From positions 1-34,840 of the IMG/VR virus record IMGVR_UViG_3300020045_001708: a DNA stretch of 34,840 nucleotides. The stretch is one strand, 5' to 3'. Origin of the DNA: a virus (taxonomy: Duplodnaviria; Caudoviricetes). How positions within the stretch are numbered: position 1 is the stretch's first letter; each line of letters starts with the position of its first letter. A program made the translations under genes and the position numbers. The notes under the pieces are model-generated. The model was not told where the DNA came from. It did no database searches and saw only the letters and a list, made by a program, of their open reading frames with translations. This document shows positions 16,351 through 25,685 of this stretch, piece by piece.

Positions 16351-17763
16351 ATGCGATTAATCTTATTCATCATATATCTTAGTGTTGCACAACTTGCCAA
16401 TGCCTTTCAGTATTCTAACGATTTTGCCACTAGCATAGGTGATATGTCATGCCGTATTAATGGGTCGGCTACCGGCGCGGAGTTCTCAGGCTCACAAGCA
16501 TCACCTTACGGCGGTAACTTATTAAAATTACGCCTGACATACGAAGAAGGTGCTATTCCGGGTACATCTAACGGTAATTACAGAAGTGTGTGTAATACGC
16601 CCGGTACGACAAGCAGGTTTACGATCGGTCAGGATTATTGGTACGGATTTAATGTAAATTACAATGATTGGGCTGATGATAGTGATGCAGAAGAATTTGC
16701 CGTCGATATACACGAAATTCCGCAAGTATGGACGGATTCAAACGGTGTCGGTTGTGGCGAATCATCTGCGTGGGGTGTAGCGCCTATTTTCATGGCTGTG
16801 CAAAACGGGATTCTTTTAATTAGAGGTTATGGCGCACCGAACGGCGAATTATACTCGACAAATTTACTAAAGAATCATTGGTATCGTGTAAAATTGCATG
16901 TTCGTATCGCTCAAACTGCCGCGCAAAATGGGCTTATTGAGGTATGGTTGGACGGCGTTAAGGTTGCGACGCATGTCGGTATAAACTATAGAGCAATGGA
17001 CTCTAATTGCACAACTACGCCGCTTATTGCTCCAAGAATAAACTTTCAGATTTATAAATGGGATTGGCGATCCGGTAGGGTGGCTACGCAATCGACCCAA
17101 CGGGTTGGGCTTATTGATAACTTGAAAATATCAAACGATGCCGGTGCCGAAGCGTACGTTGAACCGCCGCAATTAGACAATACGCCGCCGGTCATTTCGG
17201 CACTTGCTAATTCGGCAATAACCGATAGTTCTGCGGTTGTTAGTTGGTCGATTAACGAAAGTTCGACAAATAAATTGGTTATAAACGGGCAAACGTTGAC
17301 CAATAGCGTACCGTCAACATCAGCCAGTTTCTCAGTAACCGGGTTATCACCAAACATGGCTTACCCGTATACAGCAACAGCGACCGACTTGACGGGTAAC
17401 ATTACAAATCAAACCGGCACATTAACAACCTTAGCTGACACAACCCCACCCGTATTAACGAATGTTCAGGTATCGGATGTTACCGATACATCTGCCACGT
17501 TTACTTGGACAACCAATGAACCGTCTAGCACACGGGTTAAAGCATATACGTCAACGTGGGCGGGGGTTGTCGCGTTTGACGCGACTTTAGTTACTAATCA
17601 TACAATGACGTTAACGGGATTACTGCTTAATACGTTAATGGATTTTAATGCCAGATCGGGAGACTCGACCGTACCGCCTAACTTAGGTAATTATTACGGC
17701 ACATTAACCACATTACCGACAGCTTTAACACCGCCGGTAGCTTTGGAATATTATCATGAATAA
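16351..17763 (+). CDS. Secreted polysaccharide-lyase-like (heparin lyase I/ConA-type fold) protein with two FN3-like domains
   Basis: Signal MRLILFIIYLSVAQLANA|; YWYGF, NHWYRVKLHV, GLIEVWLDG and QIYK motifs; two DxTPPV..T..SA...W.xNE repeats. Confidence 0.7.
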   Translation: MRLILFIIYLSVAQLANAFQYSNDFATSIGDMSCRINGSATGAEFSGSQASPYGGNLLKLRLTYEEGAIPGTSNGNYRSVCNTPGTTSRFTIGQDYWYGFNVNYNDWADDSDAEEFAVDIHEIPQVWTDSNGVGCGESSAWGVAPIFMAVQNGILLIRGYGAPNGELYSTNLLKNHWYRVKLHVRIAQTAAQNGLIEVWLDGVKVATHVGINYRAMDSNCTTTPLIAPRINFQIYKWDWRSGRVATQSTQRVGLIDNLKISNDAGAEAYVEPPQLDNTPPVISALANSAITDSSAVVSWSINESSTNKLVINGQTLTNSVPSTSASFSVTGLSPNMAYPYTATATDLTGNITNQTGTLTTLADTTPPVLTNVQVSDVTDTSATFTWTTNEPSSTRVKAYTSTWAGVVAFDATLVTNHTMTLTGLLLNTLMDFNARSGDSTVPPNLGNYYGTLTTLPTALTPPVALEYYHE

Positions 17764-18634
17764 ACTTCTTATTTTGTTAGGGGTACTTTTACCCGCATCC
17801 GTTTTTGCGCTTGAGCTAGACGAATTTAATGGTACTTCGCTTAATCCCCAATGGGAATGGTATGACCCGCTTGCAAACAGTACACTGGACGTAAGTAACG
17901 GGCATTTGAATATCACTGTGCCAACCGGTGGAACTTCTCACAGCCTGGTCGTAGGTAACACCAATGCGCCGAGAGTGCGACAAGTTTGGAATAATACGGA
18001 CGTTGAAGTATTCGCCAAGTTTGACGCTTTACCGATGGTTATTAATGAGCAAACCGGTATCACGTTCGAGAAGAACGAGACTGAAATGCTTATATTCGAC
18101 TGGGTGTCTAACGGTACGAACGTGGCTATTGAAGAATGGTGGCTAACACCAACAGCTAAGACGCTACGCAATAAGCTGTATATAAATACTACGCCGCCAA
18201 AGAATATCCGCATCAAGCGCGTAGGTAATGTCTGGAGCGTATACTATTCGCATGGTGATGAGACTTGGACTAAGATTGACACGTTTACCTATATTCAAGA
18301 TGTGAATAAAATCGGATTAACGGTAACGAATTGGGGCGCGGTTGCGCCCATGTTCTCAACGGCTATTGATTATTTCAGAATTTATGGCAAAAACGTAGTT
18401 AGTGATGCAACATCACAAACAGTTACACATTGCGCTGCGTCTGTTGATAGCGGGGCCGATGTAGATTCGTTGGTTGAAGTGGTTGCCGCTGGCAAACGCT
18501 GTAAGATCGATATTTCGGCATTGACTGGTGGCAATTATACCATTAAAGCTCGATTTGTGAATATTGACGCGCAATCGGTACGCACTCAGAGCGATTACAG
18601 CTCGACACTTAACTTTTTTAAACCCACAAATTAA
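17756..18634 (+). CDS. Secreted ConA-like lectin/glucanase (GH43_C/DUF1349-like) protein with a small C-terminal beta domain
   Basis: Signal MNKLLILLGVLLPASVFA|; DEFNGTSLNPQWEW, IRIKRVGNVWSVYYSHGDETW and DYFRI motifs. Confidence 0.7.
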   Translation: MNKLLILLGVLLPASVFALELDEFNGTSLNPQWEWYDPLANSTLDVSNGHLNITVPTGGTSHSLVVGNTNAPRVRQVWNNTDVEVFAKFDALPMVINEQTGITFEKNETEMLIFDWVSNGTNVAIEEWWLTPTAKTLRNKLYINTTPPKNIRIKRVGNVWSVYYSHGDETWTKIDTFTYIQDVNKIGLTVTNWGAVAPMFSTAIDYFRIYGKNVVSDATSQTVTHCAASVDSGADVDSLVEVVAAGKRCKIDISALTGGNYTIKARFVNIDAQSVRTQSDYSSTLNFFKPTN

Positions 18635-18643
18635 AGGTATTCG

Positions 18644-19294
18644 ATGTTAGAATTACGTGAAGAAAGAATGGCGCTTGTCAGGTTTGAACGTGTGCCTATC
18701 GAAGATAAAAACGCATCGTTATTAGCCGGGAGATACATAGCGAAGGATGTTGATTTTGCGATGGTGACTGCTCCGTATTCGCGGGACGTTATGAAATTTA
18801 AAGTTGATGCGTGGTTCGTGCAACTCGAAGCGGATAACGCATCAGGACGGATGCCGCGCGAATGGATAAATACTTACAAGACTCATTATGATTTATGGAA
18901 AAAAGGGCAGGAAATACCGCTTGACGGTACGCCTATACGTGGCTGGGGGCTTATTTCGCCTGCACAACAGGAGATGCTTATACGCGATAACATCTTAACG
19001 GTTGAGTCTTTGGCTAACGTTAACGATCAAGGTATGCGCGCTATTGGTTTAGGTGCGTTAGATTTAAAGAATAAAGCCATCGGGTGGCTTAAATCAATTA
19101 ATAATTCCGGCAATTTAGCTCAAGAATTTGCGATATTACGCGATGAAAATACACAGCTGAAAGTTAATCTTGAAATGATGACCAAGGCAGTTGATGAACT
19201 TACGCGCGAGGCTGACGCTAAACGCCGTAAGCGCGGCGCGGCTAACATAATCCGGTTGGAATCAGATAATGACGCTGTTGGAAATTATAACTAA
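18644..19294 (+). CDS. Conserved hypothetical phage protein with C-terminal coiled coil
   Basis: GTPIRGW and TVESLA.V.D motifs typical of the gene preceding the adaptor in such podoviruses. Confidence 0.6.
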   Translation: MLELREERMALVRFERVPIEDKNASLLAGRYIAKDVDFAMVTAPYSRDVMKFKVDAWFVQLEADNASGRMPREWINTYKTHYDLWKKGQEIPLDGTPIRGWGLISPAQQEMLIRDNILTVESLANVNDQGMRAIGLGALDLKNKAIGWLKSINNSGNLAQEFAILRDENTQLKVNLEMMTKAVDELTREADAKRRKRGAANIIRLESDNDAVGNYN

Positions 19295-19976
19295 GGTATC
19301 AGCACGTTCTGGAATACCCAGGCCGGTATCGGCAGTTGGTAGCACTGACGACCGTATATTACAACTTGTCGGTTTGTTGGAAGAAGAATGTTCGATATTA
19401 TCTTCGCGTCATCCATGGTCGAGTTTGATTCGTGAAACTACATTTGTAACAACTGCTAATGAAAGTCAAGGTAGGTTGACTGATCTGGCATCAGGTTTCG
19501 ACTCGTTGTTTAATCAAACGATGTACGACCGCACCGATTTGTTAGAGATTTACGGCCCGTTATCAGCGGCTGACTGGCAGGATATGAAGGCTAGACAGAA
19601 TACCGGGCCACGCTATCAATTCAGGATACAGGGCGGCGAATTACTGGTTAATCCCGTACCGGCGGCAGGCCACACATGGGCGTTCGAGTATCGAACATTA
19701 AGTTATGTGTTGGGTTCTGACGGGTTAACGCTTAAGACTGAATTTACAGCCGATGATGATACTATATTGTTACCTGACAAACTCGCTATATTGGGTTTAA
19801 GATGGCGCTGGTTGGCTGAAAAAGGTCTGGAATACGCACAGGTTTTCGCAGATTACGAAGCGATGGTTAAGGATACGATGGGGCTTGACGGCGGTAAAGA
19901 TGTTTTAAGATCGGACGGACGTGACCGTAATAAGCATAGGGGCGTATTCGTGCCGAATGGTAGCTGGACATTATGA
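19269..19976 (+). CDS. Head-tail adaptor-like protein
   Basis: MTLLEII start and GLRWRWL..KGLEY motif; lies upstream of the nozzle-like gene. Confidence 0.65.
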   Translation: MTLLEIITKVSARSGIPRPVSAVGSTDDRILQLVGLLEEECSILSSRHPWSSLIRETTFVTTANESQGRLTDLASGFDSLFNQTMYDRTDLLEIYGPLSAADWQDMKARQNTGPRYQFRIQGGELLVNPVPAAGHTWAFEYRTLSYVLGSDGLTLKTEFTADDDTILLPDKLAILGLRWRWLAEKGLEYAQVFADYEAMVKDTMGLDGGKDVLRSDGRDRNKHRGVFVPNGSWTL

Positions 19977-21535
19977 GGCAAGTTGCTAAGTCAAAACGAG
20001 CATCAAGACAGCAAATATCGCGTGTTCGTTCGGAAAGCGCCCCAACTGGAGGCTGGAACGCGCTAGACCCATTGAGCGATATGCCGGCAGGTGACGCAAT
20101 AGCATTAGATAACTGGTTCCCTGGCACATCTTATTGTGAAACACGCGGCGGTAAAGCAGTACACGCTACAGGTATGACGGGAACGGGTAAAACCTTAGTT
20201 GTTTATAATGCGCTAAATGGCTTAAACGATATGTTTTGTTCCACCGCATCCGGCGTGTATAACGTATCCAGTGCCGGTGCAGTCGGTGCGAGTGTTGCCG
20301 CGAGAACGAACGGCAAACACCGATGGCTTATGTTTGGTGACGGAACAAACCAATGGTTAATAATGGTTAACGGGGTGGACAAACCGCTTTATTATAACGG
20401 TACAACGTGGACGGCGGTTGACGGCGGCACATCACCCGCTTTAACCGGAATTACAACGTCATTATTAACTGGTTTATGTGCGTTTAAAGGTCGATTGATG
20501 TTTATACCCGTAAACGACTTGGCTTTTTGGTACTTACCTTCCGGTGTGGCGGGCGGCGCATTAACTAAGTTTTCGCTAAGTGGTGTTGCACAAAAAGGCG
20601 GCTATCTAATGGCGATGGACGCGTGGACGCTGGATAGTGGCGCGGGACCCGAAGATAGGATGGTATTCGTCACTAGCGAAGGCGAATGCGTCGTTTATCA
20701 AGGCACAGACCCATCAGCCGCTGCAACCTGGTCATTAGTTGGTGTATACCCGGTTGGAAAACCTTTAGGCAGACGTTGCATATTGAGGTCTGGTTCAGAC
20801 CTGACCGTATTAACTGAAAATGGCGTGTTTCAAATAAATACGATCGTTCAAGCAACGGCGGCTAATTACAGTAACGCTTTATCCAGAAAGATAGAAAATG
20901 CGTTTAACGGCGCGGCTAGAACATACGGTTTAAATTTTGGATGGGCAGCAGTTGTTTTTCCTACTCGCGGCGCCGCTATCGTGAACATTCCGATAACCGA
21001 AGATTCGCAGCATGAGCAGTATGTAATGAACACGATCACTAAGGCGTGGTGCAGGTTTACCGGATGGAACGCCGAGGATTTTGTGGTTTTCAATAACGAG
21101 TTGTACTTTTGTGAAAGCACAGCAGTTAAAAAAGCGTGGTTTGGTTCGTCGGATGAAGGTGCAAATATAACCGCCTATGCAAAATCGGCATTTAATTACT
21201 TTGGGAATTCGTCGCAACAAAAACGATTTAATATGATAAGGCCGGTTATGTCTGTAAACGGCTCGTTAGATTATATTGTTGGTATCGATGTCGATTTTGC
21301 GGACACAGAATTAGCAGGATTATCCTCATCGAGTTCCGATACATTATCCATATGGGATGTGGCCGTATGGGATGATGCTATGTGGGGCGCTGGGTTTAAC
21401 ATTATTAAAGACTGGCATCACGTTAATCAATGGGGCGGGTATGTGGCATCAGGTAAGTTACGTGTCGATACGAAGGATGTAACTGTTCAATGGTTTTCTA
21501 CGGATTATTTATATGAATCAGGCGGCGTTATTTAA
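19973..21535 (+). CDS. Tail nozzle/DNA-stabilisation protein (P22 gp10-like beta-propeller)
   Basis: 520 aa, beta-rich; APTGGWNA.D and QYVMNTITKAWCRFTGW motifs; position. Confidence 0.7.
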   Translation: MRQVAKSKRASRQQISRVRSESAPTGGWNALDPLSDMPAGDAIALDNWFPGTSYCETRGGKAVHATGMTGTGKTLVVYNALNGLNDMFCSTASGVYNVSSAGAVGASVAARTNGKHRWLMFGDGTNQWLIMVNGVDKPLYYNGTTWTAVDGGTSPALTGITTSLLTGLCAFKGRLMFIPVNDLAFWYLPSGVAGGALTKFSLSGVAQKGGYLMAMDAWTLDSGAGPEDRMVFVTSEGECVVYQGTDPSAAATWSLVGVYPVGKPLGRRCILRSGSDLTVLTENGVFQINTIVQATAANYSNALSRKIENAFNGAARTYGLNFGWAAVVFPTRGAAIVNIPITEDSQHEQYVMNTITKAWCRFTGWNAEDFVVFNNELYFCESTAVKKAWFGSSDEGANITAYAKSAFNYFGNSSQQKRFNMIRPVMSVNGSLDYIVGIDVDFADTELAGLSSSSSDTLSIWDVAVWDDAMWGAGFNIIKDWHHVNQWGGYVASGKLRVDTKDVTVQWFSTDYLYESGGVI

Positions 21536-21920
21536 AATAATTGATCGTGACCCTGAACGATGTAATCAGTGGATTATCGATAACCATAGCGGCGAAGTAG
21601 GTTTTTTTGGCGCGGCGTTTATTGGATTGGAACGAGCTGGTGAATTGATCGCGTGTGTTGCTTATGACCGATATTTGAACGATAGCGTATGTATGCACAT
21701 CTATAAGCTACCCGCTGCCGCGTTAATACGTGAATACCTATGGTTTATTTTTTATTACCCGTTTTTACAGCTAAATGTTAAGTGTATTTTGGGATTTGTG
21801 AAGTCTGGCTCGAAAGCTGAAATCGTGGCTAAACGGGCTGGTTTTGAAACAAAATGTAATATTGAGGATACAGGAATGAAACTCATGATTTTAAAACAAA
21901 AACACTGTAGGTATCTATAA
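21513..21920 (+). CDS. GNAT-fold-like small protein between nozzle and ejection genes
   Basis: GLERAGELIACVAYD...FYYPFLQLNV...AGF pattern. Confidence 0.6.
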   Translation: MNQAALFKIIDRDPERCNQWIIDNHSGEVGFFGAAFIGLERAGELIACVAYDRYLNDSVCMHIYKLPAAALIREYLWFIFYYPFLQLNVKCILGFVKSGSKAEIVAKRAGFETKCNIEDTGMKLMILKQKHCRYL

Positions 21921-22807
21921 TGGGCGGCGGTTCAGCACCAAAAGCGCCGGATTACGTTGGGGCGGCTCAAGCGCAAGGCGTAAGTAATAAAGAAGTTGCT
22001 TTGTATAATGCTAAGGCCAATAACCCTAACATCGTAAACCCTTACGGTACGCAATCTGTTTCGTGGCAAGGTGATTATAAAAAAGGGTATACACCTACAC
22101 TTAGACAAAATTTAAGCCCTGCTCAACAAAAGATATTCGATGCTCAAAACGCTGCAAAACGCGAGTTATCATACGCGGGCGTTAATGCAGCTAAAAATAT
22201 ACATAAGAATTTAGCGAGTAAAATAAACTTTTCAAAATTACCTGGCAATAACACGGTTACATCGACTGACCCGAACAAAATTCGTAACGATGCCGTTAAC
22301 GCAATGATGAGTCGTGTTGATAACGACACAACAGCCCAGCGCAATGCTAAAAATTCAGAATTGATTGCGGCAGGTATACGTCCAGGCACTGCCGCGTACG
22401 ACGCTGCAATGACGGGGATTGACAGGCAATATAACGATGCTAGACAGCAAGCAATACTTGCAGGTGGGCAAGAAGCAAGTCGTGATTACGCCATAAAACA
22501 AGGCGATTTCGGCATGAGTCAAGCCGGTAGAAACCAAGCCATATTTGAAATGATGCAACAGCGGCAGGTTCCGATCAACGAGATTAACGCGCTGCTGTCC
22601 GGATCCCAAGTCAACAGCCCGTTTGCCGGTGGATTAGGGTATCAGCCCGGAACTAACGCGCAATCAGCGCCTATGTTTGGGGCGGTTCAAGCGCAAGGGC
22701 AAGCACAGCAAAATCAGTATAATCAACAGCAAGCTCAGCAAAATAGCAATATCAATGCCGGTGCTGGTTTAGTTGGTTCGTTGGGTAGCGCATTCTTGTC
22801 GAGGTGA
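21920..22807 (+). CDS. Putative DNA ejection/internal virion protein
   Basis: MGGGSAPKAPDY start, Gln/Ala-rich, PINEINALLSGSQV, Gly-rich hydrophobic C-terminus. Confidence 0.7.
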   Translation: MGGGSAPKAPDYVGAAQAQGVSNKEVALYNAKANNPNIVNPYGTQSVSWQGDYKKGYTPTLRQNLSPAQQKIFDAQNAAKRELSYAGVNAAKNIHKNLASKINFSKLPGNNTVTSTDPNKIRNDAVNAMMSRVDNDTTAQRNAKNSELIAAGIRPGTAAYDAAMTGIDRQYNDARQQAILAGGQEASRDYAIKQGDFGMSQAGRNQAIFEMMQQRQVPINEINALLSGSQVNSPFAGGLGYQPGTNAQSAPMFGAVQAQGQAQQNQYNQQQAQQNSNINAGAGLVGSLGSAFLSR

Positions 22808-23022
22808 TAGTGAGCACAGATCAACTATTAATGACTGCAATAGGTGCTTTATCAGCGGCAATCATTGTTTTGTGGCGACGAATTGAAATAGCGCAAGAAA
22901 AGTGCGATAAAGACCGCGACGAATTGTGGCGATATGTATTATTGCAAAATAAATTTTCATGCGATAAAGCGGCAGAATGTCAATCTGTGCAACGTATGAA
23001 ATTACCCGACAAACCGTGCTAA
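22804..23022 (+). CDS. Small single-TM protein with coiled coil and Cys-rich tail
   Basis: LLMTAIGALSAAIIVLW helix followed by a charged segment; GTGA overlap. Confidence 0.55.
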   Translation: MIVSTDQLLMTAIGALSAAIIVLWRRIEIAQEKCDKDRDELWRYVLLQNKFSCDKAAECQSVQRMKLPDKPC

Positions 23023-23051
23023 CCCTATTACTTGCCGGAATATTGAATTTT

Positions 23052-23999
23052 ATGGCTATGAATTTTGGCGCACCTTCGCAAATAAAATGGGGTGATTGGC
23101 AATCAATGCCAGATTACCGTGAAGGTTGGAAAGACAAAAATAAATCGGCTGTTGTTGGTATTATTCGAGCACTTGATTTGACGCAAAAGTTACCAGTTAT
23201 TGGTGAAGCGTCAAAGTTCATTCATGAGGGTGAAGATCGGGTAATGACCGGCATTAACCGTGTACTAGCACCGATCATGAAGTTCGAAAACGAAACGGGT
23301 GGTAAGATTGACCCTATTCGGCAAACATTATCGAAGGTAGCCCCTGAACAACATAAGAATTACATCGATTGGTTTACGAATCACGGCGCTGATGTTGCGG
23401 CGATAGCGGCGGCAAGTTATTTCACTGGCGGCGCGGCGGCTAATGCTGTTGGTGGGGGTGGGGGCGCGGCAGGCGGCGGTGCGGCAAGTACAGCAGGCGG
23501 CGCAGGCGGCACATCATCATTAGGTGCGGCAGGTTCGTCCGCAATTACACCGGTGTTTTCGAGCGGTGCTGCTGGTGCAGGGACTGGTGCAGGGACGGCA
23601 GGCTCAACCACTGGCTCACTGGTTGGTGCAGGGGCTATAACACCGGCGTTTGCTGGTGGCGCGTCAACGGGAGGCATTGCCGGTGCGTCAGGATTGGGCA
23701 CGTTAGGTACTGCCGGAACACAAGCGGCATTGGCGGCCATAACCCCGGCGTTTGCTGGCGGTGCGGCAACCCCAAGTGCGTTAAGTCAAGTGTATAATGC
23801 ACTTAAGCGACCTGAAAACATCCGTTCAAACATCAATACGTTGCGCGGTACTGACTCAGGGCCAACCGATACAGATCGTATGCGCAATCAAAAGATGCAG
23901 ATTGCAGAATTGATTTACAGAAACGGACAACAACCGCAGCCGAACGATAGATTTAAACGGTTGTCTCAGCAAATATTTGCTAACAGATTTTACAGGTAA
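23052..23999 (+). CDS. Gly/Ala-rich putative ejection (pilot) protein
   Basis: Likely start at ATG 23052 or 23058; long Gly/Ala tract with three AITP(A/V)F repeats. Confidence 0.55.
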   Translation: MAMNFGAPSQIKWGDWQSMPDYREGWKDKNKSAVVGIIRALDLTQKLPVIGEASKFIHEGEDRVMTGINRVLAPIMKFENETGGKIDPIRQTLSKVAPEQHKNYIDWFTNHGADVAAIAAASYFTGGAAANAVGGGGGAAGGGAASTAGGAGGTSSLGAAGSSAITPVFSSGAAGAGTGAGTAGSTTGSLVGAGAITPAFAGGASTGGIAGASGLGTLGTAGTQAALAAITPAFAGGAATPSALSQVYNALKRPENIRSNINTLRGTDSGPTDTDRMRNQKMQIAELIYRNGQQPQPNDRFKRLSQQIFANRFYR

Positions 24000-24004
24000 C
24001 GCTA

Positions 24005-24334
24005 ATGCCAGTTCATACACTATTAAACGCTCAAACAGCTAACCAAACATCAAGAGTTTTTGAGGTTCAACGATCATCGCACGGTTTGGGTATCGAAACA
24101 TCAATAACCGGAACCGGTGCGGTCGGTGCAACCGTTGACTGGTATGGTACAAATACGCCTAGTGCCGCATCGGGCATACTGTTAGCTACCAGCTCGTTAG
24201 CCGGAACGGATAGTGATGTTGCGCGAGCGGCATTAACCGATGCGTTGGCAGTATGGGCATATATGTATTGTGTGTTATCGTCAATATCAGGCACAGGCGC
24301 AGCAGTAACCGCTAAGGTGGGCGCAAATGGGTAA
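24005..24334 (+). CDS. Small beta-sandwich virion protein
   Basis: TGTGAVGATV...AVWAYMYC...SISGTGAAVT pattern, seen in small phage proteins preceding spike genes. Confidence 0.55.
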   Translation: MPVHTLLNAQTANQTSRVFEVQRSSHGLGIETSITGTGAVGATVDWYGTNTPSAASGILLATSSLAGTDSDVARAALTDALAVWAYMYCVLSSISGTGAAVTAKVGANG

Positions 24335-25685
24335 TACTATTTTAATGAAGCGCGGGCACATATCGCCTGTAAACGTACCTACTGGGTTTACATGGGCTAG
24401 TCCGCCCATATTGATTAAGCGATTTGCTGACGGCTTGGTTACTGATTTTGATATTACCACAGTAAAACCGGCGATAACGGTCACGTATTATGTCGACCCT
24501 ATTGGTGGTTCAGACGCTAACTTAGGCACGTCCATCGGCGCGCCGTTACTTAATTTAGCAACCGCATTGCTTAAGGTCGATGTTGATTCGATACGAATAA
24601 TCAACCTGACTGGTGATTATATAGCGCGTACAACTAAATCATGGAATAACTCGCAACCGTTAAGATCGCTGTCGGTGATAAATACGACACCTTATCGGTA
24701 TATTTCTTGTCAAACAGCGTCTTCAAACGCGCCAACTTATACGGTTAACGGCACGTTCTCAAATGTGTATCAATGCCCGATAACATCGGCGAATAGCAGT
24801 TCTGTTGTTGATTTAAAACCGTCAAATATGCTCACGATTGACGCGCGTTGCCCACGCGCGTTTCATACATTAACCAAAGTTGCTGATTTGGCAACTGTAT
24901 CGGCAACACCGGGTAGTTGGTTTAACGACGGTACAGTATCCTATATTCGCGCTATCGATGATCGTAATTTAGTCGGCGACACCTTCATGCAACCGTGCGC
25001 GAACGCTAATAACGGTCGTTTCCCGTCTATAAACAACTGCACCATATACGTTGAGGGTATCGATTTCGTTGGAGGTAGTCGCCCGTGGTATTCATTTATG
25101 TTATCGGCCGTTACCGGCACAATAGCGGCGTTTAATAACTGCTCGTTTCAAGGTAGTGGTTTAGCTAATGGTTTGAATGTGGCGTCTTTTCAATCGGTTT
25201 ATCTATATCGATGCGGTGCGTATAATAATTGGAATGATGGCTTTAACTATCATTCTAACGAATCTGACGGAACAACCGCCGGAACATCACCATCGTTTAT
25301 TGAAATCGACTGCGCTGCGATAGGTAATGGCACGTGGGGTTCCGCCGGTGTGTCGGATAACGCGTCGACATCACATGACTTTTGTAAAGGTATTCGGTTA
25401 AACGGTAACTATATAAATTCGCACGATAGAGTTCTGGTTGACGCTAATAGCGCGCAAACGTGGAACTTAGGTTGCTATATCGGGCAAGCGTTAACCGTAT
25501 TGCCTGAAAACGTAGCCGCGTTGGATTCATCTAAAATGTGGTTGGACACTTGCATTACTAAAGGCGGTGTCAATAAGCAATGGGTAGCGGCCCAAGCTTC
25601 AACACTAACCCATTATAATTCCGGCGCAGTTGTTAACAACATAACCGGTGAAGCGACTGGAACTGTGAAGGCGTATTATGGTTGA
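24327..25685 (+). CDS. Tailspike-like/beta-helix (pectin-lyase-like) protein
   Basis: YYVDPIGGSDANLG start motif; NWNDGFNYH and DNASTSHD beta-helix turns; Asn/Ser-rich. Confidence 0.6.
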   Translation: MGNTILMKRGHISPVNVPTGFTWASPPILIKRFADGLVTDFDITTVKPAITVTYYVDPIGGSDANLGTSIGAPLLNLATALLKVDVDSIRIINLTGDYIARTTKSWNNSQPLRSLSVINTTPYRYISCQTASSNAPTYTVNGTFSNVYQCPITSANSSSVVDLKPSNMLTIDARCPRAFHTLTKVADLATVSATPGSWFNDGTVSYIRAIDDRNLVGDTFMQPCANANNGRFPSINNCTIYVEGIDFVGGSRPWYSFMLSAVTGTIAAFNNCSFQGSGLANGLNVASFQSVYLYRCGAYNNWNDGFNYHSNESDGTTAGTSPSFIEIDCAAIGNGTWGSAGVSDNASTSHDFCKGIRLNGNYINSHDRVLVDANSAQTWNLGCYIGQALTVLPENVAALDSSKMWLDTCITKGGVNKQWVAAQASTLTHYNSGAVVNNITGEATGTVKAYYG

